A stretch of DNA of 64,000 nucleotides, taken from contig JAAOMT010000009.1 of NCBI GenBank assembly GCA_016748015.1, positions 824,459-888,458 on the forward strand, read 5' to 3'. Positions 41,353-55,000 of the stretch are shown here, one piece after another (positions within the stretch are counted from its first letter, which is position 1; each line of letters begins with the position of its first letter). Under the pieces are notes generated by a model. It saw only the letters and a list, made by a program, of their open reading frames with translations, made no database searches and had not been told where the DNA came from. Position numbers and translations under genes: made by a program. The stretch is from Geosiphon pyriformis uo1 (lineage: Eukaryota; Fungi; Glomeromycota).

Positions 41353-44300
41353 AATAAAATTAACTAATTATGAAGAAAGAGAATAAAGAAAATTATTTTT
41401 GGAATATGGGGTTTTTATTTGTTTTTGGGTTTGAGTGTTTTTGTAATTTATTTACTATTTTTGTTTTTGTGTTTTTATTAGCAAATTATTGTAAAATTTA
41501 AGTGTTCAAGTTTAGTTGTTATTTTATTATAATTATTGGTTCTAAATTTTGGGGAATATCTTCAGGATTAATTAAAGGGGAATATGTACCAATTTGTGGA
41601 ATTAATGGTTCAGGATTGTTTCTGGAATGATAGTATTTCAATCTGTCTCCATATACAACTTTTGCTAGTATTTTGTCATCAAGTCTTAACTTGTATAATC
41701 TATTATTTAGAATTTCGTGAATATAAAATGGTCCATCCCATTTGTTTTCAAATTTTCTACTCCATTGTTTTTCAGCCTTAATTCTGTGTAAGAGAACTTT
41801 ATTTCCAACTTTAAATTCGTTGGTAATAGGTGGTAATTTGTTGTCATGTCTTTCTTTTTATTGAGCTTGGGAATGTTCAATATGAGTTGCTGCTATTCTT
41901 CTTTTTCCTTCCAGTGTACTAAAAAGAGTGTAGGCTCTTCTTTGGAGTGTTTCTTGAAAGTTTTCTTCATTGATTGGTTGCACTGGGTATGTTTCCACTA
42001 TGAAATTAATTGGTAATGTTGCTGTCCTTCCATAAATAAGATCAAATGGTGTGTGTTTTATAGTATCTTGTTTTAGTGTTCTGTATGCTAGTAACACTGA
42101 TGGAATAAAGATATCCCATTCCTGCTCAAAGTCTGTTAAGACTTTGGCTAGAGATTCACACAATGTTCTGTTGAAACATTCTACAAGTCCATTTGTTTGA
42201 AAGTGATAAGATGATGATAGAGGTCTCTTGACATTGAACCATTCACAAATTTCTTGTATTAAGTTGTTTACAAAATGTGTTCCTTAATCAGATAAGAGTT
42301 CAATTGGGCATTTATGTCTACAGATAATGTCTTTATAGATGAAATTTGCTATTGATTTTGCATCTGCTCTTTGGATGGCTCTAGCTTTAGGCCATTTGGT
42401 AAGATAAATTTACTGCTACTGCAATATAGCAATTTCCTTGGGTTGTGATAGGTAATGGTCCGACTAAATCAATTCCAATTTTGTCAAAAAGTTGTTCAAC
42501 TTTGATTGGATTTAAAAGTTCTGTGGGGCGAGTTTCTCTTCTTCTTTGACAACTATTACAAAATTCTACATATTGTTAAATGTTTTTTTGCATGTGAGGC
42601 CAAAAATAATGTTCAAGGGTTCTTTGAATGGTTCCATCTCTTCCCAAATGTGCTGAAGACGGATCTGTGTGCATGTTGTATAAAATTGTTTCTTTTTTAT
42701 TCTCTTGTACTAATCTGAGTGGTTGGTTTGAGTTTCTGTGATTTTTATAATAGATTTTGTTCTGGTGTATGAAATATTGTTTTGATTAGTGTTGTAAACA
42801 ATGTTTTTTACTTGAAGACCAGTTTTCTGGCATGGTAAAAGTCTCCAAATAGTTTTTAAGATTGCTGTAATTTCTGGAATCTATTTTTGTTTGGTAAGTT
42901 GTTAAGTTGTGGTGGAATTGTTGTTGGTATTAATCTTGTCTCATTCTTGAGAGGCTATCAACATTGGTATGTAGTTTTCCTGGTTTGTGGTGTACAATAT
43001 ATCTGTAGTCTGCTAGAAAGTCATTCCATCGAGACTGTTTGGCACTTTGTTCAGTTTTCTTTTTATTGAGCTATTTGAGACCAATGTTGTCCGTTATTAT
43101 GTCAAATTCTTTTCCATTCTTCAGATATTGTTGAAAATGTTTAAGAGCCCAAATGACTGCAGCAGCTTCTAATTCAGTTGAGCCATATTTTAGTTCTGTT
43201 GGTTTGAGTGTTTTATTAGCATAAGCGATGACTTGTTCTTGCCCATTTTCATCTACTTGTGATAAGATGACACCAAATGCTATGTGTAAAGCATCAGTGG
43301 CTAATTGAAACTATTTGTTGAAGTCTGGGTAAGCAAGAACTGGAGCTGTTGTCAATTTTGTTTTGAGAGTTTCAAAAGCTTTTTGTTGTTCTTCAGTCCA
43401 TTTGTATGGCATGTTTTTGTTGATAAGATAATTGAGTGATTTGGCAATTTCTGAGAATTTTTTTATGAATTTTCGATAATAAGAGACTAATTTTACAAAT
43501 TCTCTTAGTTCTGTGGTGTTTCTGGATGTTTGAAAGTTTTTAACAGCACTGATTGTTCCTGGATTTGGTTTGACTCCATTTTTACTAACTATGTGTCCAA
43601 GAAAGATCAAGCTTGTTTTTTCAAAGTGATATTTCTCAATGTTTAACTTTAATCCCGCTTTCTGTAATTGTTGAAAAACTTCTTGCAGGTAAATGAGGTG
43701 GGCTTCAAAGCTTGGTGAGTATACATCAGTATCATTAAGATAGACAACTACTGATTGCCACAAGAGCCCTTTATAGACAACATCCATGAGTTGCTGAAAT
43801 GTTGCTGGTGTATTGCAGAGTTCAAAAGACATAACATTGAACTCATAGTTTTCTCCTTGAGTGGTGAATGCTGTTTTGGGTCTATCTTTTGGGTCCATTT
43901 CGACTTGTTAGTATCCACTTTCCAGGTCTAAAGTTGAGAAAAACTTGGCTTTTTCTAGAGCATCTAGCATGTCATCAATTCTTGGAAGTAGGTAGCAAGT
44001 GTTTCACTGTTCAAGTCTTCTGTTCTCAATTGTAAATAATGCACTAAATTATTGTAGAGGTTGCTTCTAACTTCTGAAATGTTGTAGTTTCCAAAAAGAT
44101 AATTGTTGATGTGGTTTTCAATGTATTAGTATACTGATTTCTTGACAACTTTAATTCCATCTGAGATGTTGAATCTTTGTTTGCAGTGGGTGTAAATTGA
44201 CTGGTAATACTCTAGAGTTGCTGTGTCTGGTGTGATCACCACTTTGAATTTGTTGTTGCTGTGTTATTTCCGTGGAAGAGCACCAAATGTTACCAGAGGT

Positions 44301-47300
44301 TTTTGGTTTCTTTTCTTAAATGTTGTAAATATCTGTTGGTTGCAAATTCACGTTTTCTAGAAGTAGTTGAACCTCCAATAACTGAATTTATCTTCAAATT
44401 ATCTCCTATAATTTGAACTGCTGGGCTTATAAGTGGAATGGCCAATTCCTTGCCAGTTACTTTATATAGTTACATTGTAGTAAACATCAACTCTTTCCCA
44501 AGAATTGCTCATCTGTAAGCTTACTAAAAATGTGTAGTTACTTTGCTGTGAAAGTCAACTCTTCTACAAGAATCTTGTCTGTAGGCTATCCTAATGATTG
44601 TAATAAGAAAAGAAAAGAAAAATAAAAGAAATGTAAAAGAAATAGGATTTTATCAAGGGAAACATTTTCTATCCAGGCCTGGAGTCACTAACAGTTTATT
44701 GAAATTGGTAGCTAATCAATTTCAAAACGTTAGTTGTGTTGAGAGAATTTCAAGTGTAATAATTTAAGAATTTGGTTTTCAAATATTTAATTTTTATTTG
44801 ATTTTGTAAAAGGTAATTTGTTTCAATTAAGATATCTAAAGTAAGATACTATAGTAAGGTACTATAAGAAGATACATTTTTATGAAGAAAAAAGCTCTTC
44901 TTTTATACAACTTGTTATAGTACTAGTCTATGAACTTGCACTTTTTCTTTTTGCTCAAATTTCGGCAAACTAAAGATACATTTTGATGAACTACAAGTTA
45001 TTTCACTGAACTATTGATTAATTTGGGTGAACTATTCATAATTTCAGCGAATTTCTATAAATTTCGGCGAATTTCTGTAAATTTCGGCGAATTTTAGAAT
45101 GTTACAAAGTTCAGGGTATTGTGTAATTTGATTATTCTACTTTCTGTTATACTAATTGGATTATTTAATTGAATCGTGATATGTGATAATTGATTAAATA
45201 ATAAATGATAATTTGAAATAATATTAATATACTAATTAATTATAGGAATTATAAGGGTAATTTTTCTGCTAATTAATAGCTAAAATTCTACTGGTAACAT
45301 CATCTATATTATCTCTAACAAGTATTTAAAAAATTCAGATGAGCAGAATTGAAATTAAATGCAAACAAATGCTTCTTTGACAAAATAGAACTCAAGTTTT
45401 TGGGACATGTTGTGAGCAAAGATGATATCAAAACAGATCCAGATAAGATTGAGATTGTTAAAAACTTTCCAGTACCAAATAATCTTATGGAATTAAGAGC
45501 ATTCTTGGAATTCACGGAATATTATTACCATTTTATTAAGAACTTTTCTAAACTGGTTCAGCCACTTCATCATTTATAAACTAAAAATGTAAAGTATGAA
45601 TGAACAGAAGCTTAACAAGAAGCATTTAACACACTGAAAAGAAAGCTTATTTAAGCTCCAGTGTTGATGTATCCAAATCACAGCAAACCATTCATTATTA
45701 CTACTGATGCATCAGGCCAAGCATTGAGAGCAGTACTATTGTAGAAAAGACCAGATAAAAAAAAATATCCAGTAGCTTATGCCAGTAAAGTTTAAGTCCA
45801 GCTAAAAAAAACTATGAAACTCCAGCACTGGAACACTTAGCTATCTATTGGGCTGTTATCAAATAAAAAGAATACTTGAGTCAAAAATTTGACATGTACA
45901 CTGATCACAAAAGATTGACTTCAATTTAAAAACAAAAATTTGCAGATGATTGTCATGTTAGATGGAAAATAGAACTTTCATCATTTAATTATACAGTACA
46001 TTATAAAAAAAAGAAAAGAAAACGGAAATGCCAATGAACTGTCACAAATGAAACAAATCTAAAAACATTTTAACCCAAAAATATAACAAAAAATGAATAT
46101 ACAAAAATACCAACAACTCCAATATTATATAAATATCTAATTGTTCAAGGAGAAATTATCTTAAAAGGAACAAAACAACATAAAACAGCAATCAAAATAT
46201 TTTATTAACCATCAAATATACTTTACCAGAAAAACAAAAGAAATTCAGATCAACCAACTAGAGTAATTACAGAACCAGAAAAAGAGACAATATTATTTAA
46301 CATACACTCAAATCCAACAGCAGGACATTTTCATAAAGAAGCAATCATAAAAAAAATCAGAAGAAAATACTATTGGCCATCAATGTATCCAGACATTATT
46401 CAATACATTTAAAGTTGTGATGCTTGTCAAAAAAGAGGTAGAACAAGATTCAATAAATCATTAAGACCAATCAAAGTGGGACAACTATTTGATCACATTG
46501 AGATTGACTTAGTTGGATCATTAACAATAACCAGTAAAGGCAACAGATATATTGCAGTAGCCATAGACTATCTCACTAAATAGCCAAAAGCAAAAGCCAT
46601 TCAAAGAGCAGATGCAAAATCTGTTGCCAAATTTATCCATCAAGATTTGATCTGTTAACATAGATGTTTAAAAAAACTACTATTAGATCAAGGAACTTAT
46701 TTTGTAAATAGAACATTGGCAAAATTAAGTCAAAGATTTGGGTAAAAAGACCATTATCATCACCATACCATCCACAAACAAATGGGCTAGTTAAAAGGTT
46801 TAACAGAACATTGTGTGAAGCCATTGCCAAAATCAGCCAAAAAAACCAGGATAAATAAGATTTGATTATACCATTGGTATTATTTGCTTATCGAACAATG
46901 AAGCAAGACACTATATAAGCAACACCATTCAAATTAGTATATAATAGAACAGCAACATTACCAGTTGAAATAGAAGCTAAGACATATTTAACAAAACCAA
47001 TAATAGAAGAGAATTTTCAAAGAACATTGTTGAAAAAAACATATAACTTAATGGAAATACTAGAAAACACATGGTGAAGAGCAGCTAATAACATTCAGAA
47101 GTCACAAGAAAAACAAAAAAAAAGACACAATAACCAACTACCAGAGAAACCAGTTGAATTCAAGATTGAAGACAAAGTATTTTTACATCATACTAAAACA
47201 GAAAAACAATAGAGTGGAAAATTTGACCCCAAATAGAACAGACCATTTTACATAAAAAAAATTCTTAAAAATGGAGCTTATAAATTAAGGTTGAACAACA

Positions 47301-47504
47301 AAATCTTAACCAAAGCAGTACATGGTGATTGACTGAAACAATATCACCATATAGCATTATTATCTACCAATAATATTTCACAATTAGGAGTACAGAGAAT
47401 ACTAGTCAAACCAGATAAGATTCTACGAGATCTAAAACCAATTATAATCATTTAACCAAACATGTATATAAAGACATGGTATATGCAACAAAAAACAGCA
47501 GAAA

Positions 47505-48134
47505 ATAGAGATTACTAACAGCATTCACTCACTAGCACAACAACTTTTTTAACTGATTTAACAACAGGAAATTAAAATTACAATCAACCAACAAACTATT
47601 AAATACACAAACACCAGAAAAAGACCACAAGAGAAAATATGGAGAAAAACAGAAAACACTGTTAACAAAATAATCACAAAAGTGAAATTAGCAATAGAAA
47701 CACAACAAAAAGTTATCCAATATCAAGAGTTGACTATAGAAACTTAGAATTGGTAGATACAACAATTTTCAAGAAATTTTTGTTATTTTTATTTGGGACA
47801 ACACTTGAACATTCAGAACTTGTATATAGATAAAACAAAACAATTATTCGACACAATAATACTACAACAACTAAAACAATTTATGGGGAAGAACAATTTG
47901 ACTACACAAACAAGAGCCATTTATTAGCTACATACTGGATTTCAAGATTGACCAGAAACTTTATTCAATCCAAAAATGAACTCCATTACTATTAATCAAA
48001 TGAAAAAAATAACCAATACTCAATTTGAAAAATTACAGAACAAAATAGCACAAGTATTTCTTGAAAAAGAAATTCAAGAAATACTAAAAAATAGAAAATT
48101 AGAATTAGGAAATCTCAATGGAGCTTAATATTAA
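47505..48134 (+). pseudogene. Accessory ORF3 of the family-1 Gypsy element (210 codons, stop-riddled)
   Basis: CYFYLGQHLNIQNL..MGKNNLTTQTRAIY*LHTGFQD..LFNPKMNSITINQMKKITNTQFEKLQNKI aligns with family-2 ORF3. Confidence 0.75.
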
Positions 48135-48148
48135 AAAGGAGGGAATAA

Positions 48149-49013
48149 TATTACTCATAGAATATAGGAAGTATATTAGCATATAAATTAGCCAATCAGA
48201 AGTAACCATAGTAAATGTGAAATTCCAGGATTTCTCTCAAAAAAATTGCAGGATTCTAGAAATTTCAGGATTCTTATACAAGAAATTGCAGGATTCCAGA
48301 ATTCCAGGATTCCTCTCAAAGAAATTGCAGAATTTCAGGGATTCTAGAATTCCTGGTGTGAAGAATTGAGGAATTGAAGAATCTCAATTATGTATATATA
48401 GTAGTAGTATTAGAAATAGAAAAGACAAATTTTTTTATTTAAATTTGATCTAAGCAACCTTTCTATTCACAAATATCAATAAATAATTATTCACTATCTT
48501 AATCCATTCTTTACTATCAACACTTTATGTTGATAATAATTGATACTTAACTACATTGGAACAATAGCTTTTGATCATAGCTATTGATAAGATACTAACT
48601 TGTAACTGCCTTGGCTTATTTTTTCTTATGTTCTTTTATTTTTTTTTATTTTCTTTGTTATTCTTTTGTTTTACTAATTGATTGAAGATTAAGCACTGAA
48701 GTTACTGACATCACAGATAGCCTGGTAAAAGACCCAGAAATAAGAGTAGGATTATATATATATTAACAGATAGCTTACCAGAAGAGCACAACTGCCAAAA
48801 TAAATCTGATCACTAAGCTGAGAAAAAAATTGGGAAAGCAACTTAATAACAACAGCAATATTATTATTAAATCTCTGTTCATTATACAAAAAACTCCACA
48901 ACAAAAAACCTTCAGATCAACAAAATCTTCAGAAACTAATATAATTATATCAATTGAGCACCAATTTACAGATTTGTTATTTGCTTTGAGACCCCAAATA
49001 ATCACCTGTAACA
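48149..49013 (+). repeat. 3' LTR, family 1
   Basis: 865 bp, colinear with the 5' LTR; ends TGTAACA followed by TSD CCAT. Confidence 0.93.
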
Positions 49014-52000
49014 CCATGATAGGCAGCTGACAGTGTACTGCTTTCATTAAATATGTATGCAAATTAGAAGATCTCTGGCTAGTAAAGCTGATAAGCATAT
49101 AAAAGTCAGGATGTCACACTTTAACCATAGCACTCCAGTCCATACACCCAACCAGATTACTCAGAACAACATCCCAGCCAGGATCAGCCTTTTAATGAGC
49201 ATGACAAATAGACTGGAACACATCTCTAACAAAATGACAGACATTGCCAGACATGGCCATAACTTCAGCCACCAAAAAACGTTTACACACTCTCACAAAC
49301 AAAGAAAACTTAAAACATATAGCACAACCAACAGCAACATCAGCTTCCATATTACTTATAACCTCAGAATGGTCCTTGACTTTCATCCACCTTATGCTAA
49401 GATTTTTATTTCTAATTAAATTAAAAATATAACATCTCTCTATCTAGCATAGAACACAAAAATCAGACACAGCTAAAGACATTTCGGACACACATACATC
49501 AATGGCAGCCTGGCTGTCAAGATGCAATACCACTACACAAAAGGATGGGATGCACTCCAATGTCAGAGCAACTGCCTGCAACTCAGATAAAGTAGAAGAC
49601 AATAGACCTTGAATCTTACCACCAACACTCAGATTTACAGAAGAAAAATATGCAGTCATGCTGCCAATAATATTAGCAGTCCCAGCATCTTTCAATGAAT
49701 TATCTGTATAGACATCAAACAAGCCAGACCATATCTTATGTAAACCACTTTGAACATCAGAAAACTCCACAGAATTTAGAACATCCAGCTCAGGTAGAAA
49801 ACCACCTCCAGCAGAAACAACCAATGAAGAGTCCACATTCAGCAAAAACTTCAAAACAGTCACAAACCAAAAAGGAACAGGGCCTTTTAGATCCAATCTC
49901 TTTTAATAATGAAAGATCTTCTAATCCATCACACAACTTTTTTTATCAACCAGCCTATCATCAAAAATAATATCAAAATGGTTTAACAAACAAACCAAGC
50001 TAAAGTAAAGAGCATTTCCTAACACAAAAGATATAGAAAACACAAATCACACCAGCCAGAAAATTGTTCACAGGACTAACATGTAACTTAACAGAAAACT
50101 GCAAAAAGTTCAATAGAGCCCAACCTAGAATCTGTAAATCCAAAAATCTATGATTGAATAAATGTCTAAGAATCCCAGAAGCATTGGAAAATGAAACCAT
50201 AACAGCTAATTTATATTCTGACTGCACTTGCTCAAAAGACTTTAGGTCATATAATGAGGGATAATATAATGTTTCAACTGAAAAATCATGTAGCAAATGT
50301 GCTTTAGACCTAAAATCTTTCCAAATTATAGTGTTTTACCTGTGGTAAACCCCCAATAAAACAAAACTAAACTGGGTTCTGTAGCTAACAATAAACTGCA
50401 GAACAGCCGAAACTAAATAAGAGAACTGCTTGTTAGTAACAGCCTTCTTGAGCATCATATTGATAAAAAAGCACACATCTAAATAAGCTTTGGCCACACT
50501 CGGCTTAGACAACCCTTTAGTAGATAAAAAAATACCCAAGTACTTATGAGCCTCATCCTTTCTAGTTATTGAAATTGGCTAACCACTTATGCTCAAAGAA
50601 GCCACCTTAACACCCTGATTAATAGGAATAACCACAGTCTTCTTATTGTTAATAGAAATATTATTGATTGCAAAAAACTCACTAGCAATATTCAGAGCAT
50701 ACTGCATCAATGCTTGACAATCACCAATTCAAATTGTATCATCCACAAATACACCTGCAGCAAAAAAAAAAGATAACCCACTACAAGTCTCAATTTTACC
50801 AGTTCTTGCTACAAACTTAGTGTTAATTTGATAACCACATAAATGCTCATGTCTCTTAACTTTACATAAAAGAGAATCATAGAAAATTTTCCAAAGAAAA
50901 GGTGAAAAGACCTTATCCTGATCCAAACAATTACACATCTTGTATCCACCTGTAAGACCAAAATTGATTATAACTCTATTAACCCTATCACTATGTATGC
51001 CACTGAAAAATCTGATGAACCTATCACATATTTTGTCTGATGTAAGCTAGTCTCCAAGTAATGCCAACTTACAGAATTATAAGCTTTGTGCATGTCCTAA
51101 AAGACCAACCAAAGTTCATGATCCTTTTTCAGAGCATCTTTAACAACCAAACCAACTGCAAATACAGGAGATTGGATAAATGTACTCTTCAAAACAAAAA
51201 AGTTATCACCACAAAGAACACTAAACTTGCTACATGCTGAAGAGATCCTATCAGAGAAAATCTTGGAGAAAATCTTTCTGGCAGTCTCAATCAAAGCTAT
51301 AGGCTGTGTATTCATAAGAACTCTATTCCAATTATAAGGTTTAGAAATTATTGAGATCCAAGCCCTCTTCCATAAAACAGAAACACTACCAACTGACAAA
51401 TACACATTCAACAACTTCAAAAGATATCCTAACACTCCATCACTGCCATGCTTCTATAGTTCATTAGAGATGCCAAACAAGCCAGCAGCTTTACCATTAG
51501 ACAGACCATCAACAACCAGAAACAATTCACCCAAACTGACAGCACCCATCACATCAGAAAAAGCACAATTCTACATGTAATCTAATGAAGCATATTGACA
51601 AGTCCAAAGATCAGGCACCACCAAAAGCACTGCCTGTTTCCTAGTTCAACTCTTCATAATTCTATTAACATTGAGCTTTACTTTCTTAGGCTCTAAAATT
51701 AATTCATCATCTATTACTAAGTGATTTAGAACTACTTTGTAAAAAGGCCGATCCAAAACACTCCTAATTATACTATCTTTGTCAAAACAAAAATTTTCCA
51801 TGTGCTTCAAGACTGCCAATCTAATAAAAGCCTCCTCAGCCAATCTTGACTCATACATCTTAGATTTTCTGTATTTTTTATAAACCAATGATAAATGTCC
51901 AAGAATTACTTCAGACTTTTTACCCAAGCCAACCAAGTTAGTGAAAACACAAGCCTTAATGCTATTTAAAGTTGACCATGTTCTTATGAGACAATCAACT

Positions 52001-55000
52001 CCAGGCAAGTTACCTAAGCCAAACTTCTTAACAATTTTGGCAACCAACAATTCCAAACCAAAGAACTTAGAAGAATATTTATTCCTAGAACAATGAAACT
52101 CACTAAATCAATGTCTCGAAAATGTCTTATCAGTTGAGTCTACCACCATCTGCTCCAAAATTGTCCACATAACATTCACATTACCATGAGTTTTAGCACC
52201 AAAAAATTTCTCAGCAACTACCAGAAGCTTGGTAGAAAGACAATCTCTAAATCCAGTCCACTTAGGGCCATCAGTGTCTTTGATTTTGAACTTCCAATGA
52301 TTTTTGTTAGTCTGTTTACACAAGCTATTTAACCAAACATCTAAGAGTCCACCCAAGCTAATTGAAACCAAAACAGCATTATAATCAGTGTTAAAAAAAC
52401 CAGCCACAGAGCAGACCTGATAACCAGTAACAGCAGAAGAAAGATTTCCACTGACAAAAATAAAATTGATTGTCTTTTCAACTCTCTGTGAATTGCTCTA
52501 TGTAGAAGCTTTTTTCATATAATGATTGGCAAATGAATTGACCAAACCCAAACCCAAACAAAACCTGAAAGTTGCACTCTTTCCAGACCCATTCTCATTA
52601 AAATCCCCACCCAAAACCACAAAAGTGCTAGAGTTAACAGCTTCTGCAATTACAGAGTTTACCTCCAAAGCCTAATTGAATTTGGTTTTAGGAGAGGCAC
52701 CAGCATACAAATCCAGAACTGTAACTAAAAGCTTGTCTTTAAACAAAAGCCGAATCAAAATAATCTGGCCAGAAATCTCCTTAATTTTAAACACATGACA
52801 AGCCAAAGAATTGTTCATAATTATAGCAACCTCAGTACCAAGAAAACTCTTATCCAAGCCAGACATAAAGACATGCACATTCTTAAACTTATTAGCAATT
52901 CAAGGCTTAATACTGGATCTCAATTTAGTTTCCATAACAAAAGACACCATATTATCAAAGTTCACATGTCAATGCACAATATCCATTTGCTTTGCAGAAA
53001 CATTGATACCACAAACATTGCACATAGCAAACTTCCACATCAAACCACTCATTTGGATAAAGAAGACAGTGGAAAACCCAAGCCAGAACACAAAAGATCC
53101 AATCTAGCCAAAACTGATCCAATTAAAGCCTCCAAAGATGCCAATTTTGACTCCAAACCACCTACTTTGTTGGTTAAAATCTTGGAGCTACTAGAACTGA
53201 GAATAAGCACACCATTACCAACAGCAGAAGGAAGAGAAACAGATGGCACCAACACGTTATCTAAGACCATATCTGAACTTACACCCATGGCTGAGGATGC
53301 AGACACAATAGAAGGAGAAGCTAAAAAGAAGATACCAATGATACCAAATTGGCAAACCTCAATTTTCTCAAAATACTGGAGACTTGGTCAGCCAAAAGCC
53401 CCAAAGAACATTTCAAAGACACCAAATAATCATTTAAACCAAAGACAACAAGAGAATCAAGAGTTAATGGAATAGAATCTGCATTTGGACTAGACTTAAC
53501 ACCAGAAGCAACCAAAAAAATTACATTAGAAGAGAAGCTGCCAGCAATTTGGGCCTAAGTTTTTCTGCCAAATAAGACTGGACAAACAATAAGAGCCTGC
53601 TTTTTTTTATAAATGTCTGCCAAATAAACTTGATCCCAATCAGTTACCAACTACTTGATATGAACTTCAGAATTCCCACCCATTAAACACACATCAGAGA
53701 TATGACTAAATTGTTTACACTTGACACAACAAGCCAAAAAAAGACCAGCCCAATGCAAATTTACATCTTTAAAGACTGAAACAGAATCAAAAACAGCCAA
53801 CCTAGATGCCTTATTCTTAAAACAAACCACTGCATATCTGTTATAAACATATAAATTCAGATTGTGACCAATGAAACAAGTCTTCTTACCATATGATTCC
53901 AACAAATCCAACAAATCATGAGCAGTAGTATCAATAGGAAGAGTGTAAAGCAAAGCTCAATGCTGGTCTCTTAATATTTATGATACTTTATCATCCACAG
54001 CTAAAGCCATACACACCAAATTTTTTCCCATAAAAACAAACCATTTAGATGCAACCAAACTGGCAACATCTGCTGACTTAAATTCCACTAAGGCCTTTTG
54101 CCAAAGCCCAATCAATTGCAACTTAACAAAAACCACCTCACCAAACTTAGAAAAAACTAATTCTACTGCCAATTTGGGAAAATCAATTGGGATCTCCTTA
54201 ACAATCACCTCTCAATTTGTGCATTTGTTTATCTGTCTAACATCATCATTTACTACAATTTTCTCATGGATTGCCAATTCCTTAGCTTTTTTTAGACTTA
54301 ATTCAGACATAAAAGAGAATTTGATGATTCCAGGAAATTTTGAGAAAGTGAAAGCCCTCCCAAAACCATCAATTTGATAAAAAATTTTTTTAATTGTAAT
54401 TAACTTATCACTATTTGTTTTTTCAGACACAGCAGACAACTCAACATCCAAAGCAAATGATTTAACTGGTTCAAAGCTATGTTTCTTTAGAACACATAAC
54501 TCAGCAGATAAAAGCCAATTAGATCCAACAAACTTAGGCGCTGGAAGCACCAACTCAGTATTGTCATTACTTATATGGTCAAATAAAGACTGCTTTGGCA
54601 AGTTGTCTAACACATATGTCTGTACAAGTCTTTTTCAGCATTGCTTTATTCATATTATTATTCTTACCAAATTCTGTATAACTGGTTTTTTCAGCAACCA
54701 TGTTTTCCATATTTTTGACATTTGAAAAACTGCTTACATTGCTAGAAATGCTGCCAATTTTGCTTCCCTAGGACACTCCAGGCTTAATACCAGTATCACC
54801 AATATCTACCAAGCTCAAAAAACCAGCAGATGAATCGATCATATTACCAGCCACAGGCATTTTCGGCTTCTTAAATAATAGACTGCAAAAATACATACTA
54901 TCCACACAAGCTTTTTTTTGCCACTAGACTGGGTCCTCATTCCAGCCAAACCAGCATCAAAACCACCAGCAAAAATGCCCACTGGATCCATAGTGACAAA

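Larger units (their letters stand above)
39609..45299 (-). mobile_element. Nested Ty3/Gypsy element, family 2, internally deleted (most of gag, PR and RT N-terminus missing)
   Basis: LTRs 44288-45299 (5') and 39609-40664 (3'), with 9-bp inverted ends TGTTACCAG..CTGGTAACA; TSD TCAT (39605-39608 and 45300-45303); PBS TGGTGCTCTTCC just inside 44287; PPT GAGGAGGAGA at ~40668-40677; RT/RH/IN remnants at 41560-43995. Confidence 0.95.
39000..47350 (+). pseudogene. RT (split at 39608/45304 by the nested element), RNase H and integrase, family 1
   Basis: FCVDY*KLN, YPIPKI, MPFGLMNA, IYLDN..FDDH | LYYL..FLGHVVS; TDASG RNase H; integrase HHCC (AGHF..CDAC), IDLV, YHPQTNGLVKRFNRTL. Confidence 0.9.
33289..49013 (+). 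mobile_element. Full-length Ty3/Gypsy element, family 1 (gag-PR-Cys-rich-dUTPase-RT-RH-IN-ORF3), decayed
   Basis: LTRs 33289-34152 and 48149-49013; TSD CCAT (33285-33288 and 49014-49017); PBS TGGTGCTCTCTGTGAAG at ~34155; PPT AAAGGAGGGAATAA at 48135-48148; Gypsy domain order. Confidence 0.95.

Noticed and set aside
52795-53475. Long + strand ORFs antisense to the LINEs (also 32651, 57379, 57791)
   Set aside because: Shadow ORFs from the CA-rich antisense strand; not conserved as open frames between copies.
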